From positions 373,659 through 437,658 of the forward strand of contig JAXGPP010000008.1 of assembly GCA_040766885.1 (NCBI GenBank): 64,000 nt of DNA, read 5' to 3'. This document shows positions 22,595 to 32,381 of this stretch, one piece after another. The translations under genes and the position numbers were made by a program. Under the pieces are notes generated by a model that was not told the DNA's origin, did no database searches, and was given only the letters and a program-made list of their open reading frames with translations. This stretch comes from Thermoguttaceae bacterium (GTDB lineage Bacteria; Planctomycetota; Planctomycetia; Pirellulales; Thermoguttaceae). Each line of letters opens with the position of its first letter. Position 1 is the stretch's first letter.

Positions 22595-23020
22595 TCAGAA
22601 CGCTGCCTCCCAAATCCCTTGCCGGCCCGGCATCGACACCAGCTCGTCGAGCGCTTGCGCGTCTTCCAGGAGCCAGCACACTGGGCCGCTGGCCAGCGGA
22701 TGGGCCAGCCGCTCGTCGGGCCACAACTCGCCGGAGCCCTTACGGACGCAGTCGACCAGCTCCACCGTTCCGACGATCGCCGATCGTGGGACGTCGTCGG
22801 GAACCTTCACGCCCAGGCGTGCCAACTCGGCCCAGGCCCACTCGCCCTCGGCCGGATTGCCGCGCCCCGCGTGAATCGCAAGCCGCCCCGGTACTTGACC
22901 GGCCAGGCGCGGCACTGCACCGGCTTGTGACCGTACACCACCGCCCAGCCGCAGGCCGGATGCGGCGCAGGCGTTTTCACCGTGGCACTCCGACACTGCA
23001 AACCATCGCTCGCCGCCTGA
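22595..23020 (-). CDS. Hypothetical protein with an ASCH/PUA-like C-terminal region (start uncertain)
   Basis: The C-terminal ~100 aa read AIHAGRGNPAEGEWAWAELARLGVKVPDDVPRSAIVGTVELVDCV ... GPVCWLLEDAQALDELVSMPGRQGIWE. The upstream part of the listed 214-aa ORF is low-complexity. Confidence 0.35.
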   Translation of the reverse strand, partial: SGGERWFAVSECHGENACAASGLRLGGGVRSQAGAVPRLAGQVPGRLAIHAGRGNPAEGEWAWAELARLGVKVPDDVPRSAIVGTVELVDCVRKGSGELWPDERLAHPLASGPVCWLLEDAQALDELVSMPGRQGIWEAAF

Positions 23021-24375
23021 ATCCTCTCCCGAAATGCCCGAGGATTTCCTGTTGACATTTAGGCCACGCATCATGTATATCCGTATACTTACGAGCGCCG
23101 GGGTCGCGACACACGCGCGCCGGCATCTGAAGAGCCCCTCGCCGGGCCCGCGCTCAACCTGCGCGCCCGGCCCCCAATAATTCACCCCGAGATGAAAACA
23201 CCTACGATTCACGGAGCGACTCACCCATGTCCACTTCACCTCTTGCCTGCACCCGGCACGCGTCTCCCGCTGCCATCCCTGCCGGTTACAACTCCCCTCC
23301 CCGCAACCCTTTACAGCCGTCTAGAACCGCGCACACCTCTAGAGACTTCAACACTCGACCCAAAGGTGGCAGAAAACTTACGTCCGCGTCCCAGGTGCGA
23401 AAACCCTTTTCCGCAAGCACTTACCGCGACGCCCCTCGCCCAAGTCAACCGAAACACCCACGCATATTGTTTCGCTTCGATGGTACAAAGTACCATCCGC
23501 CGGCTGCCGAGATCGATCGGGTCGCCTCCCGGACCGGGCGCTGCCCGGCGCCACCGCCGTTCTCCGCGAAGTGCAGCGGGCTCGCTGGCGGCTCGAATGG
23601 GGGAACCTCGACCCGCGGTCGCTTCCGTTGGTCGCAGTCCTGCTGCCAAGGCCGCTCAGAGCCGATCCGATGCCGCAGCAGTGGTGCGCATGACGTCCGA
23701 TCTGCTCCGCCACTACCGCGAGGCCCGGTTGGCCGACTTCGCCAAAGCTCAGAATCCGGTGCACAAGCGGTGCAAAAGGCGGTGCAGCGACCTTCCGCGG
23801 CCATTCGAGAGCAACCGCAAGAAACGACGCAAGCCCTTGGATTTACAAGGGCTTGTGCTGATTCCTGCGAGTTGTCGCTGATCCCTGCCAGATCATCAGC
23901 GGAGAGGACAGGACTCGAATCGCTTGCCGTAACGACATGCAGCCAAGCAATTTACAGGATAGCGGCAAGCCGGGCGCTGCTGCCGGCGCTGCTATCGACG
24001 CACCAATCCCCACCGTAGACGACGAACTGGGCGAGGTGATAGCGGCGTGGGCGGGGCTGCCCTTGAGCATCCGGCAGGCGGTGCTGCGACTAGTGCGAGA
24101 GGCAAGCGGAAGTAAGGCATCGCAAGGGGACGTAAGGGGGTGAGTCTCACGGTAAGGAACAGCACCCGGCAGCAAGGGCACGACCGCTAACGCACAACCG
24201 AAGCGACAACGCCCCTTGCCCTACGGGCAGGCAACCCCGCCCCCGGCAGCCCCCCAATCGCAAGCCTGTATCATCTACCTTGACTGAGGGGATTTTTTTT
24301 ACCCCAAAAACCGTGAAGATAGGCAACCTGTTTACAACCCAATCACAACCCAGAGGCAATGGAAAGGCCAAAACG

Positions 24376-24660
24376 ATGCAGCCTGTAACGACAACGGAAG
24401 AGTACGAAACTTTCGCCGTGGTGGTGCGGAACGAGGTGAAGTCGCTGCGTGATTCAAAAGGCCGTGCCGTCCGCTTCGCCGAGAGGCTGAATCAGATGTA
24501 TCGGGAATATGGTGATTTGGAACGGGCATTCGTGCGGAGGGTGAGAGTCAAATACACAGTCACAAAGGTTTTGGAGTTTTGTGACGCTGACGGCTTGGAG
24601 TGGAGCGACGACGAGGCCCCGGCGGGCAGTGAAGCCGGGGATCACGTTGAAGGGGCCTGA
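24376..24660 (+). CDS. Hypothetical protein (island cargo)
   Basis: 94 aa from MQPVTTTEEYETFAVVVRNEVKSLRDSKGRAV. No family. Confidence 0.4.
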   Translation: MQPVTTTEEYETFAVVVRNEVKSLRDSKGRAVRFAERLNQMYREYGDLERAFVRRVRVKYTVTKVLEFCDADGLEWSDDEAPAGSEAGDHVEGA

Positions 24661-24888
24661 CGCATCGTCAGACGCGATCGGGCCCGAGGGGGCGGCTGCT
24701 GGGCCATGGTAGCCGGCGGGACGCTCCTGGGGCCAGCGTTGACGATCGGACGGGCAAGGGGATAGGCTACGACGATCAAACAACCCCGCGGTGGTAGCTC
24801 CCCGCGGCGGGCTGGCCCGGCCGGCGCGAAGTATCTTGCCTTTCGCTTCGCGCTGGCTGGCCGGCATTGAAAGAAAGGCAACTCTCCC

Positions 24889-25773
24889 ATGCGAGTGGAT
24901 CAAAGCCCGATCTTCACCGAGGACGGCACGGCCCTGTACCGATTCGCCTACCTTGCGGCGAAGGAATTGCTTGCGACCGTCCAGGAATGGCGGAACACAA
25001 TCGAGGGCAGTCGGCCGGCTGACTACTCCCGGGCGAGAGATGAACTTAAGGCTCTCTTGCGTCACCTTGAGTCATGGCTGTGCCCGCCAGTGCGGGACGG
25101 GGAACCGATCGACCCCCGCGATACGCCCGATTGGCGAGACCTGCCCGGCGTCTCGCAACTGAACCTCCGGGAGGAGTTTGTTCAAACTCGCAATGCTGTT
25201 TGCAGCGGATTGGGATTCTCGGCACTCTGCGCGCATGAGGTTGTCTGCGAGCTTGCGTTTGAAACGATCAGGGCCGTGACCATGTTGGCTGCCACAAAGG
25301 ATCGGGCAACCCTCGATTTCCTGCTGGGCCCGAAGTCTCCCCTCCGATTGAGCGGCGGTCTCGGGCCGATCGACCAGAAGGACGCGGAGCGGCTCGAAGC
25401 TGAGTGCTTGCAGGAAGCGGAGGAGGCTTGGCGGGCATCTCGGCCGGGCAAAAAGACGAAGGAGACGGCGCCCGTGGCATCCAAAGAAGCATCCCCGGTG
25501 GCCGCGAGTGTATGCGTGAAACTGTACGGGCTGAATGATTCGCCGATTGTCAACGGCAAGAAGAAACGCCGCCTGACTAGAGCGCGGTACGATCTCGTGT
25601 TGGCACTTGTTGAGGCCGGCGAAAACGGCCTGACAGGAGATGAACTAGTCAAAGCGAGCGGGCACGGCGATTCCGTGAAGACTATGAAGCGGCTGGCCGA
25701 CAGCGATACCGACTGGGAAGCCGTGCTGGTCTTCCCAGTCACAAACTACAGCGGCGGCTATCGCATCAAGTAG
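24889..25773 (+). CDS. Hypothetical protein (island cargo), possibly with a C-terminal winged-helix
   Basis: 294 aa. The C-terminus reads RARYDLVLALVEAGENGLTGDELVKASGHGDSVKTMKRLA. Confidence 0.45.
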   Translation: MRVDQSPIFTEDGTALYRFAYLAAKELLATVQEWRNTIEGSRPADYSRARDELKALLRHLESWLCPPVRDGEPIDPRDTPDWRDLPGVSQLNLREEFVQTRNAVCSGLGFSALCAHEVVCELAFETIRAVTMLAATKDRATLDFLLGPKSPLRLSGGLGPIDQKDAERLEAECLQEAEEAWRASRPGKKTKETAPVASKEASPVAASVCVKLYGLNDSPIVNGKKKRRLTRARYDLVLALVEAGENGLTGDELVKASGHGDSVKTMKRLADSDTDWEAVLVFPVTNYSGGYRIK

Positions 25774-25891
25774 GCGGCGAGCCTCGACCAGTCCCCACGT
25801 CTGCCCACCTTTTCCCCACCTTTTCGCCCACGTCTGCCCACCGCCGCGCGCCGTAAGTTACCTCCAGACATTTGCGACCCGTTGTCTGGAG

Positions 25892-26095
25892 GTGCTTATG
25901 AGTGACATGTTGACCGCGAAGGAACTGGCCGCGCGACTGCGCGTGACGGTGCCCACCGTACACGCGTGGCATCGACGCGGTTGGATTCCCTGTCTGCGAG
26001 CGGGCCAGCGGCCGGTGTTGTTCGACCTGCCGGCCGTGGAGTCAGCATTGCGAGAGCGCGCCGAAAGGCGGCAGGGGGCGGCCGATGCAAGCTGA
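25892..26095 (+). CDS. AlpA/MerR-like HTH excisionase-family protein
   Basis: LTAKELAARLRVTVPTVHAWHRRGWIPCLRAGQRPVLFDLPAVESAL. Confidence 0.65.
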   Translation: MLMSDMLTAKELAARLRVTVPTVHAWHRRGWIPCLRAGQRPVLFDLPAVESALRERAERRQGAADAS

Positions 26096-26294
26096 CCCCA
26101 CCCACACAATCAAGCTCCTGCTTTCGGCGCGCGAAGCGGCGAAAGCCCTATCCATTTGCGAGAAATCGCTATGGTCGGCGACTGCCCCGCGCGGTCCGGT
26201 CCCCTGCGTCCGCATCGGTGCGCGGGTGCTCTACGCGGTATCCGATCTTGAGCGGTGGATTGATGGCGCGAAAGGAAACAGCGATGAGCGGTAA
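26085..26294 (+). CDS. Second AlpA-like HTH excisionase-family protein
   Basis: LLSAREAAKALSICEKSLWSATAPRGPVPCVRIGARVLYAVSDLERWI. Confidence 0.6.
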   Translation: MQADPTHTIKLLLSAREAAKALSICEKSLWSATAPRGPVPCVRIGARVLYAVSDLERWIDGAKGNSDER

Positions 26295-26484
26295 GCTAAC
26301 GGCGATCATCCAGTCAGCCCATGCCACGGCGCGCGAGTGCGACGAGCGGGAAATTAGACGGCTCCTTTCCACCGACGCTGCGCTTTTGATGGGGGCGGCG
26401 ATTCTGGCCGACGCGATCGACCGCGCGGCTGAGCGAATTTCGGACGCGATCAAAACCAGCGGAGGGCGGCGCAATGGCAAATAA
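26284..26484 (+). CDS. Hypothetical small protein
   Basis: 66 aa, MSGKLTAIIQSAHATARECDEREIRRLL..., translationally coupled with its neighbours. Confidence 0.35.
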   Translation: MSGKLTAIIQSAHATARECDEREIRRLLSTDAALLMGAAILADAIDRAAERISDAIKTSGGRRNGK

Positions 26485-28615
26485 TGAGACACTGCTGGCC
26501 GATGATCGGCCCGCCGATATTCTCCCGCATCATTGGACGAAACTACTAGGGTCTGACCTGACCGCGGAAATCGTACGGGCGGCGGGCATTCGCTCCGAAA
26601 CGGAGGCCCCGAGGGCTTCCGCCATGCTGGGCGTCCCGCGATTCTCCCCGCGATGCCTGCCGGCGCTAGTGATCCCTTACCGGGATGCGGCCGGGCAGAA
26701 CGGCTATTGTCGGCTTCGCCCTGATCATCCCCGGACCAGCGGCGGGAAGCCCGTCAAGTACGAGAGCCCGCGCGGCCGGCCCAACGAAGTCTACATCCCG
26801 CCGGGCGTGCATCCGGTTCTGCCCGACCCGCAACGCGAGTTGCTTATTACCGAGGGCGAGTTGAAGGCCCTGGCAGCGGTGCGAAATGGTTTCCCGTGCA
26901 TCGGGCTGGTGGGTGTGTTCGGCTGGAAGCCGAAGAAGCGGGAAACGCTACTGGCCGCGCTGGAGCAAATTGCGTGGCGCGGCCGGCTGGTATACATCGT
27001 TTTTGACAATGACGGCGACGGCTTGAAGCCCGAGGTAGCGGACGCGGTAAGCCGGCTGGCCGCGCAGTTGGTGAACCGTGGGGCGGTGGTTCGCGTGGTG
27101 CGACTACCGGCCGGCGAGCCTGGCGCCGACGGCAAACAGACCAAGATGGGCCTGGACGATTTTTTGGTATCGTGCCGAGCCCGCGGTTTGGATCCGGCCG
27201 GCGAATTGCGGGCCCTGCTGGACGCGGCGGAAGACCCCGAGCCGGTGGAGGGCGGGCGGGCAAAGGAACCGGCAAGCAGCTGTGACGCGGTGTTGTCGGC
27301 AAGCGACCTATTGGCCAAGACTACACGGGATGGTGTGCCCAAGCTGCGATTTTGGCGCGGCGACTGGTGGTATTGGCAGGCCGGCGCTTACCGCGAAATG
27401 CCGGCTTCCGAGGTTCGGGGTATTGTGATTGAACATCTGGATAAGTCCTACTACAAAATCACCACCGGGACGACAACCAACGTACTCGATGCGCTGAAGG
27501 CGAAGGCTCGGCTGTCCCATCGCGTTGTGCCCCCGGCATGGATCGGCGGCGATCCGCCCGAGGGTTGGAGGCCGGGGGATGTGCTTGTGGCCAAGAACGG
27601 GGTGATTCACCTACCTACGTTGACGGCCGGCGGGGATGACTACATCCGGTTTGCCACCCCGCGGTTATTCACGACCTGCGCTGTCGATTACGAGTTTCGC
27701 ATCGACGCCCCGGAGCCGGCGGCTTGGCTAGGGTTCCTCGACCAACTATGGGGCCGTGACCCCGAGAGCATAGAAACGCTGCAAGATTGGTTCGGGCTTT
27801 GCTTGACCCCTGATACCAGCTTCCAAAAGGTCTGCCTACTCATTGGCCCCACGCGATGCGGCAAGGGAACTATTAGCCGTGTGCTGCGGGCAATGATTGG
27901 CCCCGAGAACGTATGCGGTCCGACCCTGGCGTCTCTCGGCGGCAACTTCGGGCTTGAGCCCCTGCTGGGCAAATCGTTGGCGGTGATTAGTGACGCACGG
28001 CTGGGACATCGCACGGACCAATCGATTGTCACCGAACGGCTGCTGTCTATTTCGGGCGAGGATGCGCTTACGGTAGACCGCAAAAATCGGGAGTCGGTGA
28101 CCTGCAAACTCGATTCTCGGTTGATGATTCTCAGCAACGAGCTTCCCCGATTGTCCGATGGGAGCGGGGCGCTGGCGGGGCGAATGATCATTCTCCGGTT
28201 TACGGAGAGTTTTTACGGGCGTGAGGATCGGGAGCTAACCGACAAACTGCTTGCCGAGTTGCCCGGCATTTTGTTGTGGGCGATTGCCGGCTGGCAACGA
28301 CTGCGGGAGCGGGACCACTTGATTGAGCCGGCGAGTGCGAGGCAACTGGCCGGCGATCTGGCCGACTTGGCTTCCCCAATTTCAGCTTTCGTGCGGGACC
28401 GCTGCATCGTCTCGCCCGGCTACCGCGTGCCCACCGATGACCTCTATGCAGCGTGGCGGCGGTGGTGCGAGGCTAACGGGCGGCGGGAGCCGGGAACGGT
28501 TCAGACGTTCGGCCGCGATCTGCTGGCAGCGGTACCAGGTTTGGAAGGTACTCGGCCGCGCGACGGCGACGCGCGGTACAGAGCCTATGAGGGCATCGGG
28601 CTGGTGGCTGGATAG
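26474..28615 (+). CDS. Phage/plasmid primase-helicase (P4/D5 family: N-terminal primase-like, C-terminal SF3 NTPase)
   Basis: 713 aa. Acidic DNDGDG motif. Walker A LLIGPTRCGKGTISRV and Walker B MILSNELP. Confidence 0.75.
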   Translation: MANNETLLADDRPADILPHHWTKLLGSDLTAEIVRAAGIRSETEAPRASAMLGVPRFSPRCLPALVIPYRDAAGQNGYCRLRPDHPRTSGGKPVKYESPRGRPNEVYIPPGVHPVLPDPQRELLITEGELKALAAVRNGFPCIGLVGVFGWKPKKRETLLAALEQIAWRGRLVYIVFDNDGDGLKPEVADAVSRLAAQLVNRGAVVRVVRLPAGEPGADGKQTKMGLDDFLVSCRARGLDPAGELRALLDAAEDPEPVEGGRAKEPASSCDAVLSASDLLAKTTRDGVPKLRFWRGDWWYWQAGAYREMPASEVRGIVIEHLDKSYYKITTGTTTNVLDALKAKARLSHRVVPPAWIGGDPPEGWRPGDVLVAKNGVIHLPTLTAGGDDYIRFATPRLFTTCAVDYEFRIDAPEPAAWLGFLDQLWGRDPESIETLQDWFGLCLTPDTSFQKVCLLIGPTRCGKGTISRVLRAMIGPENVCGPTLASLGGNFGLEPLLGKSLAVISDARLGHRTDQSIVTERLLSISGEDALTVDRKNRESVTCKLDSRLMILSNELPRLSDGSGALAGRMIILRFTESFYGREDRELTDKLLAELPGILLWAIAGWQRLRERDHLIEPASARQLAGDLADLASPISAFVRDRCIVSPGYRVPTDDLYAAWRRWCEANGRREPGTVQTFGRDLLAAVPGLEGTRPRDGDARYRAYEGIGLVAG

Positions 28616-28623
28616 GCATTGGT

Positions 28624-28741
28624 CCGCGATGGTCCGCGGACCACTTATCTATATGGCAACTTTGGTAGTAAGAAATAAAATTCCCGCGAACATATGTGTG
28701 TAAAGAGAAGAGTGGACCGCGGACCACTGCGGACCAACTGG
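28624..28741. promoter_or_regulatory. Pair of perfect palindromes TGGTCCGCGGACCA flanking a short AT-rich stretch downstream of the primase; putative operator or origin
   Basis: Sequence: gatggtccgcggaccacttatctatatggcaactttggtagtaagaaataaaattcccgcgaacatatgtgtgtaaagagaagagtggaccgcggaccactgcggacc. Confidence 0.45.
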
Positions 28742-29117
28742 CCGCCCCCGTGGCTGCCTGCCGGTCCGGCAACTGCCCCCGAGCCGGCGAAAATCGAGCC
28801 CGTGGCGGCGGTTTCCGCCCCGATTCTCCCGCCCGCCCCGAGCGATCCGCCCCGGCTATCCCTGCCCATTCCGGCGGCCGGCGGCGGGCGACCTGCCCCG
28901 CAGTGGCCGGCGGCGCTGGCTGACTGGGCGTTGCTTCTCACCCCTGACGATCTCCCCGAGCGGCTCCGGCTGCGTCCGGGAACCGTGGTGATTGACCGGC
29001 GGCGATTCCTGGCATGGCTGCGGGCTGACATCCTCCGGGGACCAGAGGGGCCGCGGGCCATGTACGGGGCGATCCAGTCCGACTTGCGTTGTCTGCGCAA
29101 GGCTTTGATTCCAGACC

Positions 29118-30251
29118 GTGAGGAACCCTATGTTGAATGAACCAGTAATTCAAACCTCGAAAGACGGCCGGCGCATGGTTTCGGTCCTTAACCCGCCCAT
29201 GCGATCGACGGGCCCGAGACAGTACCAGCCCTGGCGGTTTACTGATCTTCAGCCCGGCCGGTGGCGAGTCTACGCAACCTGGCTGCCCGATCCGGCGTAT
29301 GCCACCAATGCGCCGTTTGCGATCATCGACGGCCGCGAGCGCCTTGGCGTGGTCCGGGTCAACCAGCGATTGGCGCCGAGCGATCTTGTCGCCACGGCTG
29401 CCGACGCGGCACCTTGGGCCCTCCTGGGCGCGTTCGACATCTTGAGTGGGACGCTGCAAGTCATCCTGACGACCAGCGAAGCCGATGGCGTGGTCAACGG
29501 CGAGGCTGTCATGATCGCTTACGACGGCCCGATTCTCACGGCAAGCCGCCCTCTCCTGGCTGCCTCCCCGCTCGATAGCCCGGGCACCATTGCGGGCGAG
29601 TGGCAGAAGCTCCCCCCGCCCTGTGAGTTGCGCAACCTCGACGTGAGTTGGCATATCGTGCGGGATCCTTACGACCCTTTGCAGGATCTCGACATCACGA
29701 TCCGCTGTGCGACATGCGGCGAGGATTGCGGGCCGTCCGACAACGCCGAATGCCAGTGCGACGATGGTATCACCCAGCGGCGGTTGCCGAAAAACCTGAC
29801 GCTGACGCTGACCAACAAGCTGTTCTGTAGCCGGCTCGACGGCTCGTATCCAATGACCTACCACACCGACCCCGAGCCGCCGACACCGGGGTCAAGCTTC
29901 TTTGAGTTTTGGGATTCGCCAATCTTCCAATGCCACTTCAACACCGGGTTCTTCTTGCGTCTGTTCTGCGCCGAAGCCGGGGTCCAGAGTTTCATCCTGC
30001 AAGCGATTGTCGCCCCCGGCGCGACGCTTCATACGATGTACTTCGCCAATGAGTGCAACGGGGCATTCACGCAAGACCAGACCAGCGATTCCGCCTGGGC
30101 CTGCGCGGCGAGTACCTGTGACCCCCTGCGAATCGTTTTCCCCGACCTGTTGGAAGAGGGCGTTTCGGGCGGTTTTGCCAACAACTGTTGCCAAGAGGAT
30201 CACGAGGGGGACGACCGAGAGCCTCGTCTAGCCGTGGAGATTACCGAATGA
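29118..30251 (+). CDS. Hypothetical Cys-rich protein (island cargo); no recognisable family
   Basis: 377 aa. Multiple Cys clusters: RCATCGEDCGPSDNAECQCDDG and FANNCCQEDHEGDD. Confidence 0.5.
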   Translation: MRNPMLNEPVIQTSKDGRRMVSVLNPPMRSTGPRQYQPWRFTDLQPGRWRVYATWLPDPAYATNAPFAIIDGRERLGVVRVNQRLAPSDLVATAADAAPWALLGAFDILSGTLQVILTTSEADGVVNGEAVMIAYDGPILTASRPLLAASPLDSPGTIAGEWQKLPPPCELRNLDVSWHIVRDPYDPLQDLDITIRCATCGEDCGPSDNAECQCDDGITQRRLPKNLTLTLTNKLFCSRLDGSYPMTYHTDPEPPTPGSSFFEFWDSPIFQCHFNTGFFLRLFCAEAGVQSFILQAIVAPGATLHTMYFANECNGAFTQDQTSDSAWACAASTCDPLRIVFPDLLEEGVSGGFANNCCQEDHEGDDREPRLAVEITE

Positions 30252-30772
30252 ACATGGGCCGTTGTCGTGATTGTCCGGTTCCACCGGAGGGTGAGCGGTT
30301 TTGGTGCCAGCGACATGGGGTCTGGAAGACCGCGCATCACCGGGAGCTATGCCGCACGAAGCCGAGCTACTTTGCCGCGTGGGAACGCGGCGATGGGCCG
30401 GGGCAGCCCGGCTGGCCGATCCGCCCGAAGTGGGCGTCCATTGGCTGGCCGGAGTTGCTGTACGCCTATCTGCGGCGTGGTGACGAGTGGATCGAATTTC
30501 GGATGGAGTTTCGGGCCGGCTGGTTCAGCGGTGCGGTGGACGCGGCCGGCAAACGGCTGGCCGTCTGGCTGTCCACCGAGGAACCCAAGCTAGTGTACGC
30601 GATTGGCGCCGAGCCGACCGACGATCCTCCCGCCGATGCCCCGACGATCTTGCTACCGCTGGCCGCGGACGGGCAAACGTGGAATCCCGAGGTTTCGTCG
30701 CTCTGGCCGGACCCTCCAATCCTCTGGGCGAGAGACGTTGGCGGATTCGGCGGGGTGATTGCGACGGTCTGA
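30248..30772 (+). CDS. Hypothetical protein (island cargo)
   Basis: 174 aa from MNMGRCRDCPVPPEGERFWCQRHGVW. Overlaps the previous stop codon. Confidence 0.4.
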   Translation: MNMGRCRDCPVPPEGERFWCQRHGVWKTAHHRELCRTKPSYFAAWERGDGPGQPGWPIRPKWASIGWPELLYAYLRRGDEWIEFRMEFRAGWFSGAVDAAGKRLAVWLSTEEPKLVYAIGAEPTDDPPADAPTILLPLAADGQTWNPEVSSLWPDPPILWARDVGGFGGVIATV

Positions 30773-30823
30773 AACGGACGATTCCCCCTGCGGTTGACAA
30801 TTGGACAAGTAACGGATAGGATA

Positions 30824-31045
30824 ATGTCGATGAGCAAAAAACCGCGACTACTCACCGAGCAACTGCGGCAAGCGATCCTCGATGCCGGGGAAACTCGCTA
30901 CGCGATCTGCAAGGCGACGGGTATCGGGCAGGACGTGTTGAGCCGATTTATGAGCGGCGAGCGCGGCCTGTCGAACCGCGTCATGGATCGGCTGGGCGAG
31001 TACCTTAAGTTGGAACTGGTGAGCCGGCGGCAGAAAGGCAGGTGA
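30824..31045 (+). CDS. Small HTH DNA-binding protein (phage regulatory/XRE-like)
   Basis: MSKKPRLLTEQLRQAILDAGETRYAICKATGIGQDVLSRFMSGERGLSNRVMDRLGEYL. Confidence 0.55.
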   Translation: MSMSKKPRLLTEQLRQAILDAGETRYAICKATGIGQDVLSRFMSGERGLSNRVMDRLGEYLKLELVSRRQKGR

Positions 31046-31049
31046 CACG

Positions 31050-32381
31050 ATGGCGAGCATTCTGGGACGCAACGGCCGCCGAAGCGTGCAATTCTACGGG
31101 CCCGACGGCGCCCGCAAGACGCTTTCGCTTGGCAAGGTTTCTCAGCGGCAGGCGGAAACCGTCCGGCTGAAAGTCGAATCCCTCCTGGCGTCGGCAATCA
31201 CGGGCTGCGCTCCAGACCGGGAAACGGCGGCTTGGCTGACCACGCTGGACGACGTGATGACTGACAAACTGGCGAGCGCTGGCTTGATTGCCCGGCGATC
31301 GTCGGCGACCCTGGGGGGCTTCCTTGCCGAGTACCTGACAAGCCGGATCGACGTGAAGCCGGCAACCCGGGAAGTTTGGTCGCAAGTCGAGCGAAACCTC
31401 AAAGAGCATTTCAGCGAAGGCCGGGCGCTGCGGACGATCACTCCCGGCGATGCGGAAGGCTTCCGGTTGTACTTGGTGGCCCAAGGACTAGCCCCGACCA
31501 CGGTTTCCAAGCGGCTGCAATTCGCCCGGCAATTCTTCCGCGCGGCGATGAAACACAAGCTGATCACCGAGAACCCGTTTGCCGAAGTGCGATCGAAGGC
31601 GGCGACGGATTCGGGCCGGCAGCGGTTCATCAGCCGGGACGACACGGCGAAGCTACTGGAAGCCTGCCCGTCCCTGGATTGGCGGCTGATCGTCGCCCTT
31701 GCCCGTTACGGCGGGCTGCGGTGCCCGAGCGAAGTCCTGTCGCTCCGCTGGCAGGACGTGGACGCGGCCCGCGGCCGGCTGACCGTGACGAGCCCCAAAA
31801 CCGAGCATCACCCGGGCAAGGATACGCGGGTCATTCCCCTGTTCCCCGAACTGCGGTCGATCCTCCAGGATGCTTTCGACGCGGCTCCTGACGGATCCGT
31901 GTACGTCGTCAACGAACGGTTCCGGCAATCGTCCCAAGGCAAGGCCGGCTGGAGGAACTGCAACCTCCGCACCAGCTTTGAGAAGATCATCCGGCGGGCC
32001 GGGCTGACCCCCTGGCCCCGGCTGTTCCACAACCTGCGATCCTCCCGCGAAACGGAACTGGTCCAGGCTTATCCCGTCCAGGTGGTCACGGCTTGGCTGG
32101 GCAACACCCCGGCGATCGCTTTGAAACACTACCTCCAGACAACGGATGAGCACTTCGCCCAAGCGTTGTCCGGCAGCGCGCTGCTGCCGGCGCTGCCGTA
32201 CCCGTCCGCAAACGTCACCCCGAGCGGAACATTGCCCGTCGTAACCTGTGGTAAGGCTTCGCAAGAAAACGAAACAACCCCTTGCGAAACAAGGGGTTGT
32301 ACTGAAACTTACGACCGTTTACCAAGCCTTACGAAAATCATCAGCGGAGAGGACAGGATTCGAACCTGCGGACCCCTTTGA
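31050..32381 (+). CDS. int: Tyrosine-type site-specific recombinase / phage integrase
   Basis: 443 aa. The catalytic region has RLIVALARYGGLRCPSEVLSLRWQDV, HNLRSSRETELVQ and AWLGNTPAIALKHYLQ (R..H..R..Y). The 3' end abuts tRNA-Ser. Confidence 0.85.
   Translation: MASILGRNGRRSVQFYGPDGARKTLSLGKVSQRQAETVRLKVESLLASAITGCAPDRETAAWLTTLDDVMTDKLASAGLIARRSSATLGGFLAEYLTSRIDVKPATREVWSQVERNLKEHFSEGRALRTITPGDAEGFRLYLVAQGLAPTTVSKRLQFARQFFRAAMKHKLITENPFAEVRSKAATDSGRQRFISRDDTAKLLEACPSLDWRLIVALARYGGLRCPSEVLSLRWQDVDAARGRLTVTSPKTEHHPGKDTRVIPLFPELRSILQDAFDAAPDGSVYVVNERFRQSSQGKAGWRNCNLRTSFEKIIRRAGLTPWPRLFHNLRSSRETELVQAYPVQVVTAWLGNTPAIALKHYLQTTDEHFAQALSGSALLPALPYPSANVTPSGTLPVVTCGKASQENETTPCETRGCTETYDRLPSLTKIISGEDRIRTCGPL

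Larger units (their letters stand above)
23892..32374. mobile_element. ~8.4-kb integrative element inserted at the 3' end of tRNA-Ser(GCT), bounded by 28-bp direct repeats
   Basis: Direct repeats ATCATCAGCGGAGAGGACAGGAyTCGAA at 23892-23919 (attL) and 32347-32374 (attR, overlapping the tRNA-Ser 3' end). Cargo genes: tyrosine integrase, two AlpA-like excisionases, a P4-like primase-helicase, an HTH regulator and hypotheticals. Local GC dips at 24200-24400. Confidence 0.75.

Noticed and set aside
23192-24181. Overlapping 229-aa and 263-aa ORFs that are Pro/Arg/Ala-rich.
   Set aside because: They overlap on both strands, have no start context or domains, and sit in >70% GC sequence just outside attL. 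They are typical GC-frame artefacts.
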